From Nitrosopumilus sp. (GTDB lineage: Archaea > Thermoproteota > Nitrososphaeria > Nitrososphaerales > Nitrosopumilaceae): a stretch of 64,000 nt of DNA. The notes under the pieces are model-generated. The model was not told where the DNA came from and searched no databases. It saw only the letters and a program-made list of their open reading frames with translations. Numbering within the stretch: position 1 is the first letter of the stretch; the number at the start of each line of letters is the position of its first letter. Below are positions 52,650 through 63,300 of this stretch, piece by piece. Both the position numbers and the translations under genes were made by a program. The DNA lies in NCBI GenBank assembly GCA_963667665.2, contig OY763927.2, positions 832,001 to 896,000 on the forward strand, in the 5' to 3' direction.

Positions 52650-52811
52650 ACTATTTTTCTCAATAAGATTAATTTTAGCGTAAATAAGGATGGTTCAATA
52701 TTTGGTTCTACCCCAGAAATAACTACCTCATCTAATACTGTGACATATAAAGAAGTATTTGATGCTGTTGGTGAGAATACAAGTATGAGTAAATTCACAT
52801 GGGTTTACTGA
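52650..52811 (+). pseudogene. Possible C-terminal remnant of a third secreted-protein paralog
   Basis: Ends ...ENTSMSKFTWVY*, compared with DTNPSMWKTTHVF* (A) and DNNSGLTKYIRYF* (B). Confidence 0.4.
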
Positions 52812-53095
52812 CCTTCTTTTTCTATTTTCGTAAAATATCTGCAGTAATTCAAATTTTACTATCATCACCACTGCTATTTTTCATAATAATCAATGCTGAG
52901 ACTTGGGCATTTTGTGAAAAATTCAATGGTAATGATGCTAGATTAATTGTGATGCCGCTAACAATTGCCGGAATAATTATCGGTATACTATCTTTGAAAT
53001 ATATGAAAAAAGTTGATATTTTGGTCATATCCTGGTATGTTGTGTTTATCATTTGGATCATCAGTAACAGAATATGTATGCCAGCATACCTCTAA
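52799..53095 (+). CDS. Small membrane protein, paralog of 52340..52552
   Basis: Three hydrophobic segments; shared C-terminal motif. Confidence 0.6.
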   Translation: MGLLTFFFYFRKISAVIQILLSSPLLFFIIINAETWAFCEKFNGNDARLIVMPLTIAGIIIGILSLKYMKKVDILVISWYVVFIIWIISNRICMPAYL

Positions 53096-53154
53096 TACGA
53101 CTTGCAAGAGGTAATAGTAGGTGTGCTGACGGTAACCTAAAGGTCACCTATAAT

Positions 53155-53546
53155 GTTTCAATCTTTATTGTAATAGAAATCTATTCAGAGATCATCCTCT
53201 TCCTTGATCTGTTTTGATACAAACTGTTTCAATCTTTATTGTAATAGAAATCTATTCAGAGGGAGAAGTATGGAAGAATCGAGTGAAGCCATTAGGGTTT
53301 CAATCTTTATTGTAATAGAAATCTATTCAGAGTAGACCAATTTTACCAAAGCAATTGGTAACCATAAAGTTTCAATCTTTATTGTAATAGAAATCTATTC
53401 AGAGACACTTGACTTATTTCCCATTTTATTGTCTGGGAAGTTTCAATCTTTATTGTAATAGAAATCTATTCAGAGAGGAGCAATAGGAAGTCAAGCGTTA
53501 AGAACATTAGGTTTCAATCTTTATTGTAATAGAAATCTATTCAGAG
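53155..53546 (-). CRISPR. CRISPR array: 6 identical 36-bp repeats and 5 unique spacers (35,35,36,35,35 bp); no cas genes in window
   Basis: Repeats start at 53155, 53226, 53297, 53369, 53440 and 53511; same repeat as the 51264 mini-array. Confidence 0.97.
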
Positions 53547-53646
53547 ACTCAGGTCGTCCTCCTGTATAGATAGTAAGAATATTGTCTTATTCTATATAAT
53601 GATAATTTGGGATCATTTCAAATATTACTAATTTTTGGATATGTTA

Positions 53647-54524
53647 ATGACTAAAAACAATATCAAAATCTTATTGTTTGCATCTTTGATAGCGTAATGA
53701 TTCTACCATTTTCAATGATAGATAATGCAGATGCCAAAACTGATGAAAAATCTGTAAAGGATTTACTTAAAGATGTAAGTAATGAAGCAAAAGAATATGT
53801 CAAACAAGATGAAAAGGATAAATCTAAAGATGAAAAAAAGGATGAATTAAAAATAAAGTATGACAACAAATTAGATAAAGTACGAGAGAAACTTGAAGAG
53901 CAAACTGGTTATATGTTAAATGAAGAACAAACATCCAAATTTAACAACTATGTAATCAATGAAATTATAAAACGTACTGAAATTGAACAGGCATACTTAT
54001 CTAATGACATTCAAGTAACTGAAACTTTAGAAATTGATGGCTTTTGGAATATTATTCCATATGTACAAGCAACAACAAATCAATATCCAATATCAGAATT
54101 TGTTCAACCATTAGTTGATGTAACTGGTGGTTCTGGTTTGAGTGGATTTGTTTACTATAATGTAAATGGTGATAACCAACTAATTGGTGTTGATAAGATA
54201 ATTTCATCCAGTCAAAGTATGACTAGATATGTCTTAGAATGGCAAGATGAAGATGATCCAAATCCAACGCTTGATGCAATATATGACCAATACAGATTAC
54301 AACATTTTGGACGAATTGCTGATGTTGAAACATTTGTAGTTCTTGATGGTCAAATCCAATTTGATGGGATTTGGGATCAAGGAAATGGATATGGCATATC
54401 AGCTCATGGTGATAAAACAAGAACTTGGTCTAATGGTGTAACTATCTATGCCAATACTTGGAATCATGCACTTGACATATATGATAACAATTCAGGATTG
54501 ACGAAATACATTAGGTATTTCTAA
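53647..54524 (+). CDS. Secreted protein B (paralog of A); 1-bp frameshift within the signal peptide
   Basis: MTKNNIKILLFASLIA then a frame change to MILPFS..ADA; DEDDP..D..YD.YR...FGRIADVETF...NTWNH. Confidence 0.75.
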
Positions 54525-54541
54525 TCCTTTCTTTTTTTATT

Positions 54542-54853
54542 TTGAATCTAAAGAAAATTTTATTATTTGTACTATTACCACTTCAAGGAATTTTGTTATC
54601 TTTAATAGTACGTGAAATAATTATTATTCCAATTTCAGGTGAGCCTCATTTTCTATTTCAGGTGTGGTTTTTCTTTAATTTTCTTGCAAATACCATTTTT
54701 GGTATATTATACATGCCATTTTTTTTTGAAAGAGATTGGTACCAGTATGATTGGTTTACAATTCCAACATTATCTATATTATCAAATTTGATATTTTGGC
54801 TTCCTATTGCATATGTTTTTCGTAACATATTCTCTAAATCTCATAATTCTTAA
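54542..54853 (+). CDS. Small membrane protein following protein B
   Basis: Three hydrophobic segments; starts right after a T-tract. Confidence 0.6.
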   Translation: MNLKKILLFVLLPLQGILLSLIVREIIIIPISGEPHFLFQVWFFFNFLANTIFGILYMPFFFERDWYQYDWFTIPTLSILSNLIFWLPIAYVFRNIFSKSHNS

Positions 54854-54884
54854 TGGTGTATATATTTACATCATTAAGAATTAA

Positions 54885-55190
54885 TCAAATATTAATTCCT
54901 ACAAATTTATCATAATAAAATGCAATACTAATAATTATTAATAATATTGCTATATGTAATGAATGGTTAATTGTAGAGTATTTTATTTTTGAGACTAACA
55001 TCATTGAGAAAAATCCTCCAATTATAACCAATACTAAATTCAATGATGTTAATGTATTATCTAACTCTAAATTTGTATAATCTTCATCAATTGTAAAATC
55101 CTCAAAACTAATTGTAGGTATTAACAATACCATTAAAACTACAGTTAATGAACCTAAATAACCAATTAATAATGGTTTTTGATTTTCCAT
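54885..55190 (-). CDS. Small membrane protein
   Basis: Three hydrophobic segments, ATG start. Confidence 0.6.
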   Translation of the reverse strand: MENQKPLLIGYLGSLTVVLMVLLIPTISFEDFTIDEDYTNLELDNTLTSLNLVLVIIGGFFSMMLVSKIKYSTINHSLHIAILLIIISIAFYYDKFVGINI

Positions 55191-55228
55191 GATTCTATTA
55201 TAAAAAAGAAAAAGAGGGACAATCTGTA

Positions 55229-55560
55229 TTATCTTTTATAAATTATAAAAAAAGAAATACATCCTGCAATAGCCCCGAGTATTATTGCAGTAATTGGTCC
55301 TATTATTGTAAATAATGGAAGTATTATGATTAAACCCAACAGTACAGCAAATAACCAATTGTTGTTTTTTGTTTTAAATACAAACTTACAACATAACCAA
55401 ACCAACAATGAAAAACTAACACTTGAAAAAATTACAATATATGAATTTAACAATATTCCATCAAACACAAAATTACCATCAATATATCTAGTTAAAAATA
55501 AAAAAGGAATTAGAGATAAACTGATTATTAATATTACAGATATTTTTTTATTGGAAAAAA
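55229..55560 (-). CDS. Small membrane protein (start uncertain)
   Basis: Hydrophobic C-terminal part of the track ORF 55229..55699; begins at the T-tract after the upstream stop. Confidence 0.5.
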
Positions 55561-55571
55561 AAAGATGGAAG

Positions 55572-55985
55572 TCATTGTATGTGCAACGTGCTGTATATTG
55601 TATTTCCAGCTCTTGATGCATCAGAAACACATACTGACCAATAATGGGTTTTTCCAGTGTATGGGAAATTCCATGTATTTTCATCATAACAGCTCTCAAC
55701 CCATGATCCGTGATCGTTTACACTTATCCAACTTTCAGTTGTAACTCCATTGTCATATCCTGAACCGATGAATTTTACTTTGTGATATGGAACAAGGTTA
55801 CCCCACCAACCAACATTATGTATAGTTGATTGTGTTGACCAAGTGCTACCATGGTTCATATGTTGTGATATTGTTGCAGAATTACAAACCAAAAAACCAT
55901 TATGACACCAATATTTGTAATAAAAGTATCCTTGAAAATCAGATGTTTGTGATTTTGTAGTAGATGGTTCTATGTATCTGGCTTC
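55572..55985 (-). pseudogene. C-terminal fragment of a secreted beta-rich protein
   Basis: Trp/Cys/Thr-rich frame without a signal peptide, abutting the PIN fragment. Confidence 0.45.
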
Positions 55986-56271
55986 AGACTCCATATTGTT
56001 GTGATTTTCTATCCCAATAGCTTGGGTTCTCTGTGTATTTTTCACCAATCACAAGGCCTACATCAAGAAGATCATCCACCAAATTATCAAATATATCATT
56101 AATTGTTATATATTTCACACTTTCAAATTTACACTCATTAATCATCTTGATGTCTTTAGTGACTATAATCAAATTATTATCTTTGGCAAACTTTACAATC
56201 TCTGGGTCGTCTGCTGTTCTATCTGGGCATTTATCATCCACTACTTTACAATATTCCACACGGTTTTTCAA
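55984..56271 (-). pseudogene. Mut7-C/DUF5615-type PIN-domain fragment
   Basis: DDPEIVKFAKDNNLIIVTKD motif; the N-terminal hhhD strand is missing. Confidence 0.55.
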
Positions 56272-56527
56272 AAAGTTGGAAAAAAGGGCGTTTAGTGACG
56301 AGTTTTGACCTGTTTTTGAACAGTCGTCACTAGACTCGTCACTAGAAACTTAAATATGATATACGTATTTTTCCGATAATGTTATATGTATTGTCAGTAA
56401 AACCGTGTTTTAGTTTTCCAAAAGAAGAGATCTTATGCTCGTCTTAATGATAATAGTTCTTTGGAACAATTCCAATCAGGAATTGAGCCGAAAAAGTATG
56501 AGGAAAGGTAAAATGCGAAAAAAGGCC

Positions 56528-56760
56528 AAAGACCGGATCTATCATAAAAAGTGGGTTGAGATTGGCAAATATGTTGGTAAAATAGCCTATTTTGGTACTT
56601 TTTGGGCTAATATCATGACATGGTGACATAAAGACCGGTCTAAAGACCGGATCCATTCGAAAATCTCAACAAAGACCGGTTTAATGACTGGATCCATTCG
56701 AAAATCTCAACAAAGACCGGATCCAAAGACCGGGTCTACCAAAAAATGTCAACAAGACAC
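56528..56760. repeat. Iteron-like cluster of AAAGACCGG (6 exact copies) including a 31-bp direct repeat
   Basis: Copies at 56528, 56630, 56642, 56671, 56712 and 56725; GGATCCATTCGAAAATCTCAACAAAGACCGG at 56649 and 56690. Confidence 0.85.
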
Positions 56761-56999
56761 CCTACAAACAGTGCATAAACAATATGTTTCAGGTTCAAAC
56801 GCGATTACGAGATAATCATACTTTTCTCTATTATGTATCCAGATAGCATATACGTATTGAAGACATGTAGAAATTCTCCATCCCAATAACTGTCACACTT
56901 TTCGCCTCAGCAGGATACATCGCGTTAACTGATCTTAGTTGGGATCTTTCCAGGATATCCATACTCATGATTCATTGATTGGATCCCAACCTAAAATGG

Positions 57000-57254
57000 T
57001 CATCTGGTGTCTTGAAAGCATCTTGTGCAGTTTTTCTGCGCCGTGACATCGGTGTTGCAATGCATGCACTGCACCAGCACGGCTCGCATCTGGTTGGGTC
57101 TGAATATCTTCACTGTGTCAGTGTCTATCCGTACTGGTTCTTCCTTATTCCAACAGGAATGACACAGCAGGTGCTCCATGTACATGTAATTGTATAGTAC
57201 GGCATAATCACTTTCATGACTACATCTCTTGAGTTTGGGGATGCAGTCAGTCAA
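57000..57254 (-). CDS. Small multi-Cys zinc-finger protein
   Basis: C.H...Y...Y...CHSC, CMHC and CTRC. Confidence 0.5.
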   Translation of the reverse strand: MTDCIPKLKRCSHESDYAVLYNYMYMEHLLCHSCWNKEEPVRIDTDTVKIFRPNQMRAVLVQCMHCNTDVTAQKNCTRCFQDTR

Positions 57255-57391
57255 AACTTGGGTACAATTCCATCAACTGGCTAAATGTTTCTGAGGATGT
57301 GTGTGTAATTGAGCAATTTTGAATATTGTCGCTAATTTTCACTTTGAGCTCGATCAGTTACCGTGCAGGCATTTCCGTGACAGACAGACAG

Positions 57392-60300
57392 TCAGTCATG
57401 CTCAAGCACGTACTGTAGTGCCAGCATGAACTCGTCGACTGTGACGGTACCCTTTGCGACCAGCACCCCAAGCTCTGTCATCATCCAGTCCGGTATGTCG
57501 GCGCCCTGATGGTCATCAAGACCCAAAAGCTCAAGCAGTTGCTCATCAGTTATGGATTCTGACTCAAAGCCTGACCACATGCGTATGATCTGCAGAATCT
57601 GTGTGTCATCGTAATCATCGGGCCCCAGTATGTCATAGGGTACAGGTTCCGGATCTGCGGCATCATCTGCAAAGTCCGGTGTTACAGGTTCGGGGTCTGC
57701 TGGGAGTACGGAGTCAGGTTCGAGAGGTTCGGGGTCTGCTGCCTGCATGGCAGATTCCGGCGATGCTGCTACCACCTCAAGGGCGTCAATTATCTTGACG
57801 AATAAGGCCTCTCTGTCCGTATTCCACATGTATGCGACCATGTTGGTGGGGCCCATCGGCTCCTCTCCAAACTCTATGGTTATGCGAACGGTCCTCTTTT
57901 CAGGTATCGAGTCGTCCTCCTGTGTTACAGTAACTGTGGCACTGCCGATGTATCCGTGCGGGTCAGTGACACTGGTTGTACCGTCGTCTTTGTACGTGAT
58001 GTATGTGTCGCTGTCCGCATAATTTGTGTTCCTGCCTTGCAAGTTAAGATACAATATAAAGTGTGCAAACTCCTTCTCTGTGTATACGGTAAACGTGATA
58101 TGTACTGGATTGTCCCCTGCCGTGACAGTCTGAGGTATTAATGTGTTTTCATAAGCATCAAGTAGGTAGCCGTAGCCGTTTATCACAAGCGGAAGGTCAA
58201 AGGTATCATCAGGTGTGATAGGTTCCAGCGGGTCAGATGCATCGTGGGATGCGACCTGTTCTGCGATGTGTGGCGGAATATCAACTAGCCTTGACTGTGC
58301 CAGCGCGTTTATGTGCACTATTGATGCCTTGGATGATGGTGATGATGATGATCCTTTCTGAGAGGCGTCCCTTATGGGTTGGGGCTGCACATCCGTTGTC
58401 CGGTCACCGTCAGTGTCTGTTACAGCGCCGTCCTCAACAACAAGATGCGGGCTTTGCAGGGCATCGTACTGATCTTGTTGTTCAGAGTCAAGTGTTGCAG
58501 TTATGGTACGACCCGAGTAATCTGCACCTGTTACGCTTGAGAGCGTAATGCCGCCAGTATCAGGGTTTGCGCTGCTGCGCACGTGCAGCCCGGAATAGTC
58601 GACGGTGGCAATATCTTGGTTGAATGTAATCGTCAGCTGTCCATTGCCGGGGTTGTACGCGGCAGACGATACCGTTATGGGCACATCGCGCACGGTAACA
58701 GTAATGGTATAGGTCTTAGTCGTAGAGTCCTGGGCAGTAACTATTACCGTGACGGTGGTGGGCTCGCCCACAGTCAGGCCGGTGACGATGTGACCGGTGC
58801 CGCTGGTCACAGTGTTGCCGTTGACTGTTATTGCAGCCGAGCTGTCGCTGGCAGTGGGGGTGACTGTCACCTGGGTGACAGAGTTATCCACGCTGGCAGT
58901 GTACGTGATGTCAGAGCTGGAAAACTGCGGGCTCAGCGTGCCAGAACTGATCGTCAGGCCGCCAAGGTCGGCGTTGTCAGAGAGGGCAGCACGTGTAAGG
59001 GTAATGATATAGGTCTTAGTCGTAGAGTCCTGGGCAGTAACTATTACCGTGACGGTGGTGGGCTCGCCCACAGTCAGGCCGGTGAGGATGTGACCGGTGC
59101 CGCTGGTCACGTGTTGTCGTTGACTGTTATTGCAGCCGAGCTGTCGCTGGCAGTGGGGGTGACTGTCACCTGGGTGACAGAGTTATCCACGCTGGCAGTG
59201 TACGTGATGTCAGAGCTGGAAAACTGCGGGCTCAGCGTGCCAGAACTGATCGTCAGGCCGGCAAGGTCGGCGTTGTCAGAGAGGGCAGCACGTGTAAGGG
59301 TAATGATGTAGGTCTTAGTCGTAGAGTCCTGGGCAGTAACTATTACCGTGACGGTGTTGGCTCGCCCACAGTCAGGCCGGTGACGATGTGACCGGTGCCG
59401 CTGGTCACGTGTTGTCGTTGACTGTTATTGCAGCCGAGCTGTCGCTGGCAGTGGGGGTGACTGTCACCTGGGTGACAGAGTTATCCACGCTGGCAGTATA
59501 CGTGATGTCAGAGCTGGAAAACTGCGGGCTCAGCGTGCCAGAACTGATCGTCAGGCTGCCAAGGTCTGCGTTGTCGGAGAGGGCAGCACGTGTAAGGGTA
59601 ATGGTGTAGGTCTTAGTCGTAGAGTCCTGGGCGGTAACTATTACCGTGACGGTGTTAGGCTCGCCCACAGTCAGGCCGGTGACGATGTAGTCATTGCCGC
59701 TGGTCACGTCGTTGCCGTTGACTGTTATTGCAGCCGAGCTGTCGCTGGCAGTGGGGGTGACTGTCACCTGGGTGACAGAGTTATCCACGCTGGCAGTGTA
59801 CGTGATGTCAGAGCTGGAAAACTGCGGGCTCAGCGTGCCAGAACTGATCGTCAGGCCGGCAAGGTCGGCGTTGTCGGAGAGGGCAGCACGTGTAAGGGTA
59901 ATGGTGTAGGTCTTAGTCGTAGAGTCCTGGGCGGTAACTATTACTGTGACGGTGTTAGGCTCGCCCACATTCAGGCCGGTGACGATGTAGTCATTGCCGC
60001 TGGTCACGATGTTGCCGTTGACTGTTATTGCAGCCGAGCTGTCGCTGGCAGTGGGGGTGACTGTCACCTGGGTGACAGAGTTATCCACGCTGGCAGTATA
60101 CGTGATGTCAGAGCTGGAAAACTGCGGGCTCAGCGTGCCAGAACTGATCGTCAGGCTGCCAAGGTCTGCGTTGTCGGAGAGGGCAGCACGTGTAAGGGTA
60201 ATGGTGTAGGTCTTAGTCGTAGAGTCCTGGGCGGTAACTATTACTGTGACGGTGTTAGGCTCGCCCACATTCAGGCCGGTGACGATGTAGTCATTGCCGC

Positions 60301-63300
60301 TGGTCACGTGTTGCCGTTGACTGTTATTGCAGCCGAGCTGTCGCTGGCAGTGGGGGTGACTGTCACCTGGGTGACAGAGTTATCCACGCTGGCAGTATAC
60401 GTGATGTCAGAGCTGGAAAACTGCGGGCTCAGCGTGCCAGAACTGATCGTCAGGCCGGCAAGGTCGGCGTTGTCAGAGAGGGCAGCACGTGTAAGGGTAA
60501 TGATATAGGTCTTAGTCGTAGAGTCCTGGGCAGTAACTATTACCGTGACGGTGGTGGGCTCGCCCACAGTCAGGCCGGTGAGGATGTGACCGGTGCCGCT
60601 GGGCACGATGTTGTCGTTGACTGCTATTGTGGCTGAGCTGTCGCTGGCAGTGGGGGTGACTGTCACCTGGGTGACAGAGTTATCCACGCTGGCAGTGTAC
60701 GTGATGTCAGAGCTGGAAAACTGCGGGCTCAGCGTGCCAGAACTGATCGTCAGGCCGGCAAGGTCGGCGTTGTCAGAGAGGGCAGCACGTGTAAGGGTAA
60801 TGATATAGGTCTTAGTCGTAGAGTCCTGGGCAGTAACTATTACCGTGACGGTGGTGGGCTCGCCCACAGTCAGGCCGGTGACGATGTGACCGGTGCCGCT
60901 GGTCACGATGTTGTCGTTGACTGTTATTGCAGCCGAGCTGTCGCTGGCAGTGGGGGTGACTGTCACCTGGGTGACAGAGTTATCCACGCTGGCAGTGTAC
61001 GTGATGTCAGAGCTGGAAAACTGCGGGCTCAGCGTGCCAGAACTGATCGTCAGGCCGCCAAGGTCTGCGTTGTCGGAGAGGGCAGCACGTGTAAGGGTAA
61101 TGGTATAGGTCTTAGTCGTAGAGTCCTGGGCAGTAACTATTACCGTGACGGTGTTAGGCTCGCCCACAGTCAGGCCGGTGACGATGTAGTCATTGCCGCT
61201 GGTCACGTCGTTGCCGTTGACTGTTATTGCAGCCGAGCTGTCGCTGGCAGTGGGGGTGACTGTCACCTGGGTGACAGAGTTATCCACGCTGGCAGTGTAC
61301 GTGATGTCAGAGCTGGAAAACTGCGGGCTCAGCGTGCCAGAACTGATCGTCAGGCCGCCAAGGTCTGCGTTGTCGGAGAGGGCAGCACGTGTAAGGGTAA
61401 TGGTATAGGTCTTAGTCGTAGAGTCCTGGGCGGTAACTATTACTGTGACGGTGTTAGGCTCGCCCACATTCAGGCCGGTGACGATGTAGTCATTGCCGCT
61501 GGTCACGTCGTTGCCGTTGACTGTTATTGCAGCCGAGCTGTCGCTGGCAGTGGGGGTGACTGTCACCTGGGTGACAGAGTTATCCACGCTGGCAGTATAC
61601 GTGATGTCAGAGCTGGAAAACTGCGGGCTCAGCGTGCCAGAACTGATCGTCAGGCTGCCAAGGTCTGCGTTGTCGGAGAGGGCAGCACGTGTAAGGGTAA
61701 TGGTGTAGGTCTTAGTCGTAGAGTCCTGGGCGGTAACTATTACTGTGACGGTGTTAGGCTCGCCCACAGTCAGGCCGGTGACGATGTAGTCATTGCCGCT
61801 GGTCACGTCGTTGCCGTTGACTGTTATTGCAGCCGAGCTGTCGCTGGCAGTGGGGGTGACTGTCACCTGGGTGACAGAGTTATCCACGCTGGCAGTGTAC
61901 GTGATGTCAGAGCTGGAAAACTGCGGGCTCAGCGTGCCAGAACTGATCGTCAGGCTGCCAAGGTCTGCGTTGTCGGAGAGGGCAGCACGTGTAAGGGTAA
62001 TGGTGTAGGTCTTAGTCGTAGAGTCCTGGGCGGTAACTATTACCGTGACGGTGTTAGGCTCGCCCACAGTCAGGCCGGTGACGATGTAGTCATTGCCGCT
62101 GGGCACGATGTTGCCGTTGACTGTTATTGCAGCCGAGCTGTCGCTGGCAGTGGGGGTGACTGTCACCTGGGTGACAGAGTTATCCACGCTGGCAGTGTAC
62201 GTGATGTCAGAGCTGGAAAACTGCGGGCTCAGCGTGCCAGAACTGATCGTCAGGCTGCCAAGGTCTGCGTTGTCGGAGAGGGCAGCACGTGTAAGGGTAA
62301 TGGTGTAGGTCTTAGTCGTAGAGTCCTGGGCGGTAACTATTACCGTGACGGTGTTAGGCTCGCCCACATTCAGGCCGGTGACGATGTGAGTCGGTGCCGC
62401 TGGGCACGATGTTGCCGTTGACTGTTATTGCAGCCGAGCTGTCGCTGGCAGTGGGGGTGACTGTCACCTGGGTGACAGAGTTATCCACGCTGGCAGTGTA
62501 CGTGATGTCAGAGCTGGAAAACTGCGGGCTCAGCGTGCCAGAACTGATCGTCAGGCTGCCAAGGTCTGCGTTGTCGGAGAGGGCAGCACGTGTAAGGGTA
62601 ATGATGTAGGTCTTAGTCGTAGAGTCCTGGGCGGTAACTATTACTGTGACGGTGTTAGGCTCGCCCACATTCAGGCCGGTGACGATGTGACCGGTGCCGC
62701 TGGTCACGATGTTGTCGTTGACTGTTATTGCAGCCGAGCTGTCGCTGGCAGTGGGGGTGACTGTCACCTGGGTGACAGAGTTATCCACGCTGGCAGTGTA
62801 CACGATGTCAGAGCTGGAAAACTGCGGGCTCAGCGTGCCAGAACTGATCGTCAGGCCGCCAAGGTCTGCGTTGTCAGAGAGAGGTGCGGCACGTGTAAGG
62901 GTAATGGTGTAGGTCTTAGTCGTAGAGTCCTGGGCGGTAACTATTACTGTGACGGTGTTGGTGCCCACATTCAGGCCGGTGACGATGTGACCGGTGCCGC
63001 TGGGCACGATGTTGTCGTTGACTGTTATTGCAGCCGAGCTGTCGCTGGCAGTGGGGGTGACTGTCACCTGGGTGACAGAGTTATCCACGCTGGCAGTGTA
63101 CGTGATGTCAGAGCTGGAAAACTGCGGGCTCAGCGTGCCAGAACTGATCGTCAGGCCGGCAAGGTCGGCGTTGTCGGAGAGGGCAGCACGTGTAAGGGTA
63201 ATGGTGTAGGTCTTAGTCGTAGAGTCCTGGGCGGTAACTATTACTGTGACGGTGTTGGTGCCCACATTCAGGCCGGTGACGATGTGACCGGTGCCGCTGG

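Noticed and set aside
51300-53510. Self-targeting spacers within the window
   Set aside because: No match found by eye; a proper alignment is still needed.
53155-53546. Array as a TIGR array because of the nearby Tas-like fragment
   Set aside because: A single 36-bp repeat with 35-36-bp spacers and an ATTGAAAC end is canonical CRISPR, not a dual-repeat short-spacer unit.
59100-62400. Repeated frameshifts in the adhesin (about 59110, 59358, 59408, 60307, 62388) as programmed frameshifting or phase variation
   Set aside because: All fall exactly at sites where repeat variants differ and look like hybrids of two variants, as expected from consensus/polishing errors. Reads are needed before claiming biology.
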